From: a virus
Virus record (IMG/VR): IMGVR_UViG_3300020229_000001
Coordinates: 1 to 64,000 of that record
Length of the DNA stretch: 64,000 nt
Strand: one strand, 5' to 3'
Below, one piece after another: positions 1 through 7,894 of the stretch. Position numbers and translations under genes: made by a program. Numbering within the stretch: the stretch's first letter is position 1; each line of letters begins with the position of its first letter. Under the pieces are notes generated by a model that worked only from the letters and a program-made list of their open reading frames with translations, did no database searches and was not told the DNA's origin.

Positions 1-2265
1 GCTTGCCTGGTTTTTAACCAGGATACGTTTCCCCACTGCCACTGTCACCCCGTCAACCTGTAGCGCCGTGTTTAGAGCTCCCGTAAGAGTCGCCAGGACT
101 CCAACGCCAGCCCCGCCTGGCTGATTATAGTTAGCCGCCGGAACAAGCGCTGCTATTGTTCCATAATCGCAAGCGTCATGGAAATTAACGCCGGATGCGA
201 TTGAGTCTGCGTAGAGCTTGTTGACAATGTCGGTTGAGGCTCCTGGAGCCGTAGAAACGGTTCCTGTCGTCAAAGCTAGCGACGTGATTTGGTCAGACCC
301 ACCAGACTGATGAGTTGATGCGTGCGCCGTCGGCGTCCGAGAATCACTCAGCCTAGAGTCATTCCCCTGGGCCGCGGTTCCGGAAGTAGTCCCGTAAGAG
401 ACAGCAAGCGTCCTGTCGGCAGTTAAATTTCCGCCACCTGTGAGCCCAGTTCCCGCCGTGATTGTTCGTGTTGTTGGCGTCTTTCCGTCCAAGGCTGCCG
501 TCAACCCAGTAACATCTCCCGTTGCGACTTCCCTCGGCGCCCAAGTGTTCGTTCCCACATCCCAACCCAAGTACTGATCTCCAATTGGAGTTGTGCTTGA
601 AATTGGATTTCCTTGAAGCTGCGTGGCATTTTGACTGCTTGCAGCCTTGATGGAACGCACCAGGATGGTGGCGCCGGCAGGTGGAGCGGTAGCAAAGACA
701 ATATTCCCAGTTGCAAGAACAGCTTGGATTGTAAAATCAGTCGTTGGACGCTGATCAATGCCGCCAACCGAGACAATGTAGCCTTGAGGGTCAGTTGAAA
801 TGAACCCATTCAACGTTCCAAAAATGAGCGTTGATCCGTTCCCTGTAAACGTTGTGACAATTGTTCCTGGGCCTGTCAAAACCGACAGCAGTCCAGTTCC
901 AGAGACAGAGAGCCCATTGCCCACAATTACGCCACCCAAGGCGCTCGTTGTCGCCGGTAGTAGCGGAGTTGCATTTGCGCTCAGAACTCCGCTGACTGCG
1001 TTGATTGTCAGATTTGACCCAACTTTAATTCCGCCTAAAACACTTGCCGTTGCAATTGGTAGCGGCGTGGCGTCGGCGGAAAGCACTCCGCTGACTGCGT
1101 TGATTGTCAGATTTGACCCAACTTTAATGCCGCCCAAGACGCTTGCCGTCGCGATTGGAAGGGGCGTTGCGTCAGCAGAAAGAACCCCGCCAGTGATTGT
1201 CAAATTTGATCCAATCTTGACGCCGCCCAATACAGACGCAGTCGCCGTTGGTAGCGTGTAGGCCACATAATCGGACTGCTTGGAAATCGCAGTAATGCGA
1301 CCGTAAGTATCAACCGTGACAGTCAAAAATTGAGGCGTGGTGGCGCCGTATGTAGCCGCGGTTGCTCCGGAGGCAGGAAGACGCCCTGCCGCGAGCGTGC
1401 CGGACGAAATATTCGTCGCGTTGGTTGTGTCTGTCACCGCAGAAGCGGCGAGCGCAACCATCGTGACATTTGACAGGCGCCCCTTGGAATCAACGGTGAC
1501 CTGTGGCACCCTGGCGACGCCGGACTGAATGACGTTGTACGCGCCGGCTGACACGCCGGTCGGAGTCAGCGCTAAAACAGCCGAGCCAATCGAGGAGGTT
1601 ACCTCTCCCGAGAATGCCGGAAGCCTTCCAGCCGGAAGCGTCCCGCTGCTAATGTTTGACGCATTGGTTGTGTCAACGTAAGCAGATCCGGCCAAAGTTG
1701 CCCAGGTGGGGAGCGTGCCGTTGCTGAGCAGCACCTGGTTCAGAGATCCAACCGACAAGTATGCCGTGTGAGTTGAATCGGACTGGTAAACCAGAGATCC
1801 AGGGAATCCGCCTTGCAGAGACCCGTTAAGATTTGCGGAGACAACCGATGCGGAGAAGTTCCCGCTGCTGTCGCGTTGTACTAGAGCTCCAGGAACGTTG
1901 CCAGCCGCCGGCGTGACCCAAGCCAGGTAGTTTGTGCCAGCAGAGCTCAAAATCTGCCCGTACTGGCCAGCAGGAATGAATGTCACCGCTTGAGTGTCCT
2001 GGAACGCCCGAATGAAGTAGCACATGAGCCCTTCGTTAGCGTTTCTGGTAATGCCAAAGACAGTTGCTGAGTTTGTCGGATCACAAGGAATGATCCATTT
2101 CACCTTCCCCGAAGAAACATCCTTCTGAATGATGCCGTACAGAGCCAAAGTCAGATTGTCCATCATGGACGGCACTGACTCATGCGAGACGCTCGGATAA
2201 GGAATATCCGCGTTGCAGAAGTTGTTGTAGGCGTCTCCCCCTCCAGAATTACAGTCGCATGACAT
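1..2265 (-). CDS. Fibre protein (tail/head fibre), 3' end runs off the window (not in ORF track)
   Basis: ATG at 2265 (MSCDCNSGGGDAYNNFCNADIPYPSVSHESVPS...); I saw no stop down to position 1. Gly/Thr/Ala-rich with LPxATxxxLGGxKxG repeats. N-terminal ~90 aa homologous to CDS 56988..58202. Confidence 0.8.
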   Translation of the reverse strand, partial: MSCDCNSGGGDAYNNFCNADIPYPSVSHESVPSMMDNLTLALYGIIQKDVSSGKVKWIIPCDPTNSATVFGITRNANEGLMCYFIRAFQDTQAVTFIPAGQYGQILSSAGTNYLAWVTPAAGNVPGALVQRDSSGNFSASVVSANLNGSLQGGFPGSLVYQSDSTHTAYLSVGSLNQVLLSNGTLPTWATLAGSAYVDTTNASNISSGTLPAGRLPAFSGEVTSSIGSAVLALTPTGVSAGAYNVIQSGVARVPQVTVDSKGRLSNVTMVALAASAVTDTTNATNISSGTLAAGRLPASGATAATYGATTPQFLTVTVDTYGRITAISKQSDYVAYTLPTATASVLGGVKIGSNLTITGGVLSADATPLPIATASVLGGIKVGSNLTINAVSGVLSADATPLPIATASVLGGIKVGSNLTINAVSGVLSANATPLLPATTSALGGVIVGNGLSVSGTGLLSVLTGPGTIVTTFTGNGSTLIFGTLNGFISTDPQGYIVSVGGIDQRPTTDFTIQAVLATGNIVFATAPPAGATILVRSIKAASSQNATQLQGNPISSTTPIGDQYLGWDVGTNTWAPREVATGDVTGLTAALDGKTPTTRTITAGTGLTGGGNLTADRTLAVSYGTTSGTAAQGNDSRLSDSRTPTAHASTHQSGGSDQITSLALTTGTVSTAPGASTDIVNKLYADSIASGVNFHDACDYGTIAALVPAANYNQPGGAGVGVLATLTGALNTALQVDGVTVAVGKRILVKNQAS
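986..1200 (-). repeat. 99-bp (33-aa) tandem coding repeat in fibre
   Basis: actccgctgactgcgttgattgtcagatttgacccaactttaat at 986 and 1085; encodes LPIATASVLGGIKVGSNLTINAVSGVLSA units. Confidence 0.85.
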
Positions 2266-2267
2266 AC

Positions 2268-2753
2268 TTATTTCCCTTCAGTTTTTTCGGGTTGATGACT
2301 GCTCCCGAAATAAAACGAGACAATCATAGCCCAGGACGCCCCGAGGCTCCCTACGAGCATCTGTAGCTCGGCGTGGCCTTCCCACATTTTGAGGTCTCCG
2401 GTCATTAGCCCGATTAAGATACCAAAGAATCCTAAGGTGACAACGCCGGCTAAGATTGGGACTGTTTTGGCGCCGGTTTTTGCCTGCATATCCCTAGCGC
2501 TTTGCCGGTCTTCCATCTCGAGCTTTTGCACGTCGATATTCATCGCCTTCATCTTTAGTTGAAGGTCAGCGTCGGCAGCCTTTATGGCAGCCAATTGCTC
2601 CGCGGTTAACGTGTTCTTTTGAAGCGCATTTTTAATGGCTTCCGGCGTCTTTTCGCCGCCCAAAATATTTCCAATTGCTTCAACGGCGATCCCAGCCAGG
2701 GGAGACCCCAAAAGCGAAGCAACGGTCGGTGCAATTTTTTTAAGCCACTCCAT
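2268..2753 (-). CDS. Holin (3TM-type)
   Basis: N-terminal amphipathic IAPTVASLLGSPLAG, DRQSARDMQ motif, two C-terminal TM helices ending FYFGSS; adjacent to endolysin. Confidence 0.7.
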   Translation of the reverse strand: MEWLKKIAPTVASLLGSPLAGIAVEAIGNILGGEKTPEAIKNALQKNTLTAEQLAAIKAADADLQLKMKAMNIDVQKLEMEDRQSARDMQAKTGAKTVPILAGVVTLGFFGILIGLMTGDLKMWEGHAELQMLVGSLGASWAMIVSFYFGSSHQPEKTEGK

Positions 2754-3288
2754 TTTTAATTCCTTTCACCATGTCAGCAACGCGCACCAGCCAACCATCG
2801 AGATATTCCGCTGATTCCGGATTCTTTTTTGCAAGCATTTCGTAGAAATCCGCTTTCATTTTGCAGATTTTCAACGCGAGATCTTTTGCGCCAATATTTT
2901 CAGCGGCAGCCAGCACCGCTGCTTTTGTTTTTGGACCCATGACGCCGTCGTCGTGCGCCCCAACTGCGCGCTGTAAGAACTTTGTGACCTGGCCGTTTCC
3001 CATATTCACGCAGCCGTCAAAATAGACCGCATTAAGGGGAAACGGGAAGTCATCGCAGTGAGCGTCTTTCCATTCTTCTTGGTAGATCTCCGTGGCCTGT
3101 TCCAAGGTTAGCGTTTCGATGCAAACGCCAGGGTGAGAGCGGGCGTCAACCCCGTAGCGGGTTGTACCCCCTGGATCATTTTTGTCATGCTCTGTGGCAA
3201 CATATTGGTCGTCGCCCCAGTGCTTGGGTTGGTATTCCGTTTCGTGCTCCAATACAAATTTCAGAGCTTTGGCAAAGTCCTCGTTCAT
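2740..3288 (-). CDS. Endolysin, glycoside hydrolase family 108-like with PG-binding C-terminus
   Basis: EHE...DPGGTTRYGV, FDGCVNMG, LQRAVGAHDDGVMGPKT, GWLVR motifs; probable start MNEDF at 3288. Confidence 0.85.
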   Translation of the reverse strand: MNEDFAKALKFVLEHETEYQPKHWGDDQYVATEHDKNDPGGTTRYGVDARSHPGVCIETLTLEQATEIYQEEWKDAHCDDFPFPLNAVYFDGCVNMGNGQVTKFLQRAVGAHDDGVMGPKTKAAVLAAAENIGAKDLALKICKMKADFYEMLAKKNPESAEYLDGWLVRVADMVKGIKNGVA

Positions 3289-3300
3289 AAGCGGTGACTT

Positions 3301-3326
3301 GGCCGGCCCCATCTCTGGAGCCGGCC
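3301..3326 (-). terminator. Strong hairpin after capsid gene (no U-tract; terminator or mRNA stabiliser)
   Basis: GGCCGGCUCCA-GAGA-UGGGGCCGGCC just downstream of the capsid stop codon. Confidence 0.55.
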
Positions 3327-3343
3327 CGTGTCAACGTTCAGGA

Positions 3344-4549
3344 TTAGAGGCCTGTTGCGCAGGGCAGAGCGGCGCCATCAAACTGGCAGCGCTTGTACAG
3401 CACCGGCAATACGTTCTGCGGACGAATTGGCTGAATTGCACGGCTGATTTGGTAGATGTGCTGACCAAAATCGCCATACAAGTTACAGTCATTGTCACGG
3501 AAGTAAGTCCATTCCAGTTCGCCCATTGAGAGCTGCGGAGCAAACTTAAACGTGCCTTCCCCGGTGTACTGCTCGGGCACCAAACGCTTGAATGCGTCAC
3601 CAGCAATAATGAATCCTACCTCGTAAGGAGCAGCGACCCAAGCGGGGTTGCGGCGCTGCGCAAAACCAGTTGTGACCGCTGTCGAGACGATGGGGTTTAT
3701 CAAGACGAGGTTGCCACTGCCGTCAAGGCCGGTGGAGCGCAAAGGCTGCTGGTCGATCCCAAAGGCAAACCCGCGGTATCCCATGAACTGGTAGCCGGAG
3801 ATGCTTTCTTCGCCGAGCTTGAAGCTACCGGCGGAGAGATACAGCAAGTCTTCTTTGACGTCCTGGTCGTTCCGAATGGCTTCAATCGCGTCGGCGCCCA
3901 GCATGACTTGGAAAAACTCTCCTTCTTTTGAGGAGAACGGTTCAGCAAGCATTTCCTCGCGAAGGAACGTCCCAAGACGATACAATGTCTTGAAATTCAA
4001 ATGCGAGTCTGTCGTGTTGTTGGCGAACTTCGTGTTGATCTGCTGCATATCACCGGTCAAATTGTCGGTGAAAGAATGCAACGAGGAGCAGACGAATTTG
4101 ACGCCAGACTGGAGCAGGTACTGGTAACGAATATCAGCGTTAATGAGCTGAAGGATCGTCTTTTCAAGGGATACCTGGGCTTGAAGGTACGAGCCTTTGA
4201 ACGCAGTCCGAGCCTGCTTAACGCAGACCCGAGGGCCGGCGCCGCGAAGCGTCTGGAGGCTGAATTCATATTCGGTGGACCCAACAACGTCAGGAGTGGC
4301 GCCAACGCCGCAAAGCGAAAGATCGCTCACAAACGTAGGAGCTGCCAGAGAAGAGGCCGGAACCGCCATTTCCTCAACCACCGAGCGGACGACATCCGAA
4401 ACGGAAGGCAGGGTGCCACCATCAATCGAATTGATGTAAGGGCTTTTGCGGGCCAGAACTTTTGCGATCTGTCCGATGATGCGCTTCGTATCTTTGGAAG
4501 CGAAATTCTGAATCGTTGCAATTGGAATACAATCGTTTGAGGAGGGCAT
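3344..4549 (-). CDS. Major capsid protein (copy 1, complete)
   Basis: 401 aa, downstream of portal and scaffold, preceded by promoter/leader and followed by a hairpin; near-identical protein conserved at 63472..64000. Confidence 0.75.
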   Translation of the reverse strand: MPSSNDCIPIATIQNFASKDTKRIIGQIAKVLARKSPYINSIDGGTLPSVSDVVRSVVEEMAVPASSLAAPTFVSDLSLCGVGATPDVVGSTEYEFSLQTLRGAGPRVCVKQARTAFKGSYLQAQVSLEKTILQLINADIRYQYLLQSGVKFVCSSLHSFTDNLTGDMQQINTKFANNTTDSHLNFKTLYRLGTFLREEMLAEPFSSKEGEFFQVMLGADAIEAIRNDQDVKEDLLYLSAGSFKLGEESISGYQFMGYRGFAFGIDQQPLRSTGLDGSGNLVLINPIVSTAVTTGFAQRRNPAWVAAPYEVGFIIAGDAFKRLVPEQYTGEGTFKFAPQLSMGELEWTYFRDNDCNLYGDFGQHIYQISRAIQPIRPQNVLPVLYKRCQFDGAALPCATGL

Positions 4550-4557
4550 AGCTAAGT

Positions 4558-4702
4558 CTAAGTGTTGGCGCTATGTGTTCGCATCCCACACAGGCGCGAA
4601 ATCATAACGTCGGAACGTGTAAGGATTCCTTACAGGTTCAAGGTTTTCTGATGTTCGCTGCGACACGATACAGCTTTTATGCGTGTCAGGCGCCAACATT
4701 AG
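4558..4702 (-). ncRNA. Structured 5' leader of capsid mRNA (multibranch)
   Basis: Closing stem ctaa(g)tgttggcgc 4558-4571 / gcgccaacattag 4690-4702; internal hairpins tgtaagga-t-tccttaca, gacacg...cgtgtc, tgtg...caca. Confidence 0.55.
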
Positions 4703-4749
4703 ACCGTTAGCAGGGTCACCCCATGCGGAGGGGCATACCGAATTGATGT

Positions 4750-4780
4750 ATTTCTACTTAATTAAATGATATTTGCAACA
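4750..4780 (-). promoter_or_regulatory. Possible sigma70-like promoter for capsid gene
   Basis: TTGCAA-N17-TAAGAA on the minus strand in an AT-rich patch upstream of the leader. Confidence 0.35.
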
Positions 4781-4781
4781 A

Positions 4782-5369
4782 TTATTCCAATTCCTGACAA
4801 ATAGACTTCATTTTTTCGGATTTCTTTTCTCCGTTAGCTTGGACGTGAATTATCGGAAGATTTAATTCTTCAAGCGTTGAGCCCAGTCCAAGGATTTCAG
4901 CTTCGCTCTTCATCCTAGACCCATCTAGCCAAGGTTCAGACAAGAACTTATCCAGGGCTTGAGTGATGCATTTCTGTGAAACGTAAAACAAATAAGCCTT
5001 GTCCTGGGTGATATGTAGCTGGGATTCTAGCTCAAGCTTTCCAGCCTGTTCTGGAGTAAATCCAGCGTTTATAACGTCGTAATGGCTCATCCAGCCCCCC
5101 TTCGAGGCGTGAAGGGCGCACCACCTTAGCAAGGTTGCCGAGAACTGATCTCTGACCGGCCCAGGATGCATATTCTCTTGGGTGGCAAATTCATGGATTC
5201 TCCTGGCTAGCTTTGTGGAATATTGAGAAGCAGCGGCGTGCGATTTATTCAGCATCGCCGGCGCCCACCCAGCTTTTTGCCAAGAGTGTTTCCAGTAATT
5301 AGCTCGAGCAAACTGCTCGTCCTGGTTTGAATTCAGGACGGCAGAATAAAATGCGTAGATCGGCTTCAT
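4782..5369 (-). CDS. Glycosyltransferase-like protein (DXD sugar-binding type, degenerate)
   Basis: W..SW..AGW...LN and LRWCAL..KGGWMSHYDVIN resemble GT32-like RW.AL..GG..(D)YD; DxD replaced by HYD. Confidence 0.45.
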   Translation of the reverse strand: MKPIYAFYSAVLNSNQDEQFARANYWKHSWQKAGWAPAMLNKSHAAASQYSTKLARRIHEFATQENMHPGPVRDQFSATLLRWCALHASKGGWMSHYDVINAGFTPEQAGKLELESQLHITQDKAYLFYVSQKCITQALDKFLSEPWLDGSRMKSEAEILGLGSTLEELNLPIIHVQANGEKKSEKMKSICQELE

Positions 5370-6379
5370 ACATTCCCGCCCCCAAACGCGTGCCGCCCAA
5401 CGTTGTAAACCGGAATCCCGAAATCGCAGTAGGACTGATGGCCAGCCTTCCGAGCCAAAGCACAGAATGCGGCGTCGCCTTTAAAAAACTCCAGGGGCGC
5501 GTTTGGGCGATTGGGTCGGATGCTTGGGTCGGTTGCTTCAATGTCTTCAAAAACGCGACGGTGAATGAGCAGCATTCCGGAACCGATCCAGTCTACCGGA
5601 TGCACCGCCTCTGCGTGCTGCCGCGTCAGGGCCACCGCGTTAGGGTGACCGCACGCGACAGCGGCGCCAGCCTGTTTGCCGAAATAAGAGGCGCCCACCA
5701 GCTTTCGACCAGCGCCCATGAGCCGGTGAAGAACGTGGCGGTTGATGACATTGTCCTGGACAGAAGCAGGCAGGGCCAATTTGCGACGGGTAAACGGCGC
5801 CCGTCCAATTGCCGGAACGATATCATTGCCGACCATAAGCAACCAAGGCGCGTCGGTTTGCAGGAACAACCCAACAAGCTGGTTCTTGGCCTCGTTAGGA
5901 TCAGGGTCTGTTGCGTAGTCGAATCGAATCTTGTCTTTGCCAAAGTCCAATGCAAGCGCCAGCAACCCGAAAGCCGTGGCGACGTTTGTGTCAAAGTTGC
6001 AGTGAAACCCGACAAAAACGTCACGGCCTGGCCACTCGACGCGGTAATTCGGAGAGCCGGCCTGGCTTCTCGTTTCAGCAATTGGGTTCTCAAACACCGG
6101 CGCCTCAATGTCCTCAAGGCTGATCTCAATTGCATCTGCGGATGCCTTTGGCGGGCGTCCTGGCTTACGCTTGGGAATGGACGAGTCTGGGATTGGAGTT
6201 TGCCGAGGCCGGCCAGGGCCGCGCTTTGCATCTTCGTCCAATAGTGCCGGAGCTGGCGTTTCTGGGACCGGCGCCGGAATTGGCTTTCCATTCTTCAGCG
6301 TTGGCTTTGGCGCCGTGTTGAATGGATTAGGCGAATCCAGTGCGTTGAGGGTAATGTCTTCAAGTCGTGTCGTGCTCAT
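5366..6379 (-). CDS. AT-hook-containing protein with C-terminal GT-A (GT2-like) domain
   Basis: KRGPGRPR and KRKPGRPPK AT-hooks; NEAKNQLV..FL..DAPWLLMVGNDI, VDWIGSGMLLIHRRVF, GDAAFC..ARKAG..YCD match GT-A motifs. Confidence 0.55.
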   Translation of the reverse strand: MSTTRLEDITLNALDSPNPFNTAPKPTLKNGKPIPAPVPETPAPALLDEDAKRGPGRPRQTPIPDSSIPKRKPGRPPKASADAIEISLEDIEAPVFENPIAETRSQAGSPNYRVEWPGRDVFVGFHCNFDTNVATAFGLLALALDFGKDKIRFDYATDPDPNEAKNQLVGLFLQTDAPWLLMVGNDIVPAIGRAPFTRRKLALPASVQDNVINRHVLHRLMGAGRKLVGASYFGKQAGAAVACGHPNAVALTRQHAEAVHPVDWIGSGMLLIHRRVFEDIEATDPSIRPNRPNAPLEFFKGDAAFCALARKAGHQSYCDFGIPVYNVGRHAFGGGNV

Positions 6380-6384
6380 TTTAT

Positions 6385-7653
6385 TTATTCGCCAGCTTCA
6401 TCTAGTCCCATATCAATTGCGTCAGATGACGACATTTTCAGTCGGTCTGTAGTGTTGTTTGCTTTTGAGCTTCCCGTCCCAACGCCTGGGCGAGGAACCT
6501 TTGCAGCCCCCTTATAGGAATTATTTTCAGTGACAGCTCGTTTAAGTTGCGATTCCAAGTCGGCGCGAAGCTTCTGTTCAACTCGGAGTTGCTGAGTCAA
6601 CACATGGCTGAACGTTGCAGCGGCGGCTACATTGGCGCGGTCCTGGGGCGTTGTCGGCCACAAGGCAGAATCAAACTTCTGCTTTAATTGCCAAACATTT
6701 TTGTTATGGCTTTGGAGGCGCTGAATCTGTTCTTGGCTTGCCCCTTGAGGGATCTGCTGGAACCTGGCCCAAGGCACATTCTCTACAATCTTCGAGATAT
6801 GATTCTCGATGTGATTCGTTTCTTCCGCGTACCAATTTTTGTTTTTCTCTTGGCGCTCTTGCAGAAATTGCTCCGCATTCTGGGCGGCGTGCTCGACCTC
6901 TTTGTCCTGCTGCTGCTTCAGCCCAACAACATCAACCAGGTTTTTCTTCAAGATCTCCCCGTCCAACATTGGGAGCTTGTCGATGGCGTTCTTTTTCCAC
7001 CAGTTCTGGTCAACCTTATCGGGGCCGCCGGCAGCCTCAATTGAGGCAATAACATCGTCTGGCGCGCCGTTTTTGCGCATGATGCTGTAGATGTTCTCCT
7101 TTGCGGAAGAAATCGGCGCATCATACTTTGTCCGGAATTCAGGGTCGTTTTTGATATCAAAGATCTGGCGGAATTTGCGCAGTTCGTCGTAATCCTGAGG
7201 CACCTGCTGATTGATTTGCTGCTGATCCAAGCGCTGCCTTAAGATCTCAGCTTCCGCTGCCTGGCGCTTATAGGTGCTCGCCGTCTCCTGAAGCTTGCGC
7301 CAGTTTGACTGGTTCTTCTCAGAGAGGTTCCTGGGCTGTTCAATTGCCAGTATTTCTGGGTCAATTTGCGCATGTTGTGTCCCGTAATTTTGCTGCGCAG
7401 GCTGCTGCTGCTGAGGCTGTTGAGGAGCGGTATCCCTAGAATAGGCTCCAGAATTGTCCGAGGAATTGTCCGCCGTTACTGGCGCGATATCTCGAGACGT
7501 GTCAGACGCGGATGTTTCCGCCTCCGCCATGTCGAGCATGGAATCAATCTGGTCGCTAGTGCTTTGCGTGATCGGATCGGCGTTTAGCTTTTCGGACCCG
7601 CCGTCCATGTTTGCTACGTTAAATTCCGGCACTGAATTGTTATCTTCGTCCAT
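6385..7653 (-). CDS. Capsid scaffolding protein
   Basis: Acidic/Gln-rich N-terminus, coiled coils, position between portal and capsid. Confidence 0.6.
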   Translation of the reverse strand: MDEDNNSVPEFNVANMDGGSEKLNADPITQSTSDQIDSMLDMAEAETSASDTSRDIAPVTADNSSDNSGAYSRDTAPQQPQQQQPAQQNYGTQHAQIDPEILAIEQPRNLSEKNQSNWRKLQETASTYKRQAAEAEILRQRLDQQQINQQVPQDYDELRKFRQIFDIKNDPEFRTKYDAPISSAKENIYSIMRKNGAPDDVIASIEAAGGPDKVDQNWWKKNAIDKLPMLDGEILKKNLVDVVGLKQQQDKEVEHAAQNAEQFLQERQEKNKNWYAEETNHIENHISKIVENVPWARFQQIPQGASQEQIQRLQSHNKNVWQLKQKFDSALWPTTPQDRANVAAAATFSHVLTQQLRVEQKLRADLESQLKRAVTENNSYKGAAKVPRPGVGTGSSKANNTTDRLKMSSSDAIDMGLDEAGE

Positions 7654-7654
7654 A

Positions 7655-7891
7655 TTACATTGATGCGAATGATGCTGCTGCTGAATCGTCTGGTTGTTTT
7701 ACTTGTTCAAGGAGGGCGTCAAACTCGCGCAGCATATGCTCGCAGCCTTCTTTGAATTTTGCCTCTAGGGCGACAGACTCAATTGTCGTCCCCGAAATTC
7801 TTGGCACCCTGGAAGCCAGGTATGCTCTTAATAGTCCGCCCGTGCGGGCATGGTAGTCTCTGAGTCTCGATGTATCTGATTGTTCCCACAT
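7655..7891 (-). CDS. Small head-module protein
   Basis: 78 aa tightly packed between portal and scaffold, as is usual in podoviruses. Confidence 0.55.
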   Translation of the reverse strand: MWEQSDTSRLRDYHARTGGLLRAYLASRVPRISGTTIESVALEAKFKEGCEHMLREFDALLEQVKQPDDSAAASFASM

Positions 7892-7894
7892 AAA

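Noticed and set aside
3344-4549. Simple terminal redundancy explaining the duplicated capsid region
   Set aside because: Terminal repeats would be identical; these copies differ throughout and are followed by different genes.
5366-5400. Fourth FGG tag (…HAFGGGNV)
   Set aside because: It lacks the upstream F-x-hydrophobic-P spacing and the GG is not penultimate.
5327-6244. Long plus-strand and alternate-frame ORFs (also 53532..54491, 9386..10210, 60304..63343, etc.)
   Set aside because: They are shadows of well-supported minus-strand genes or by-products of repetitive codons, with no recognisable motifs.
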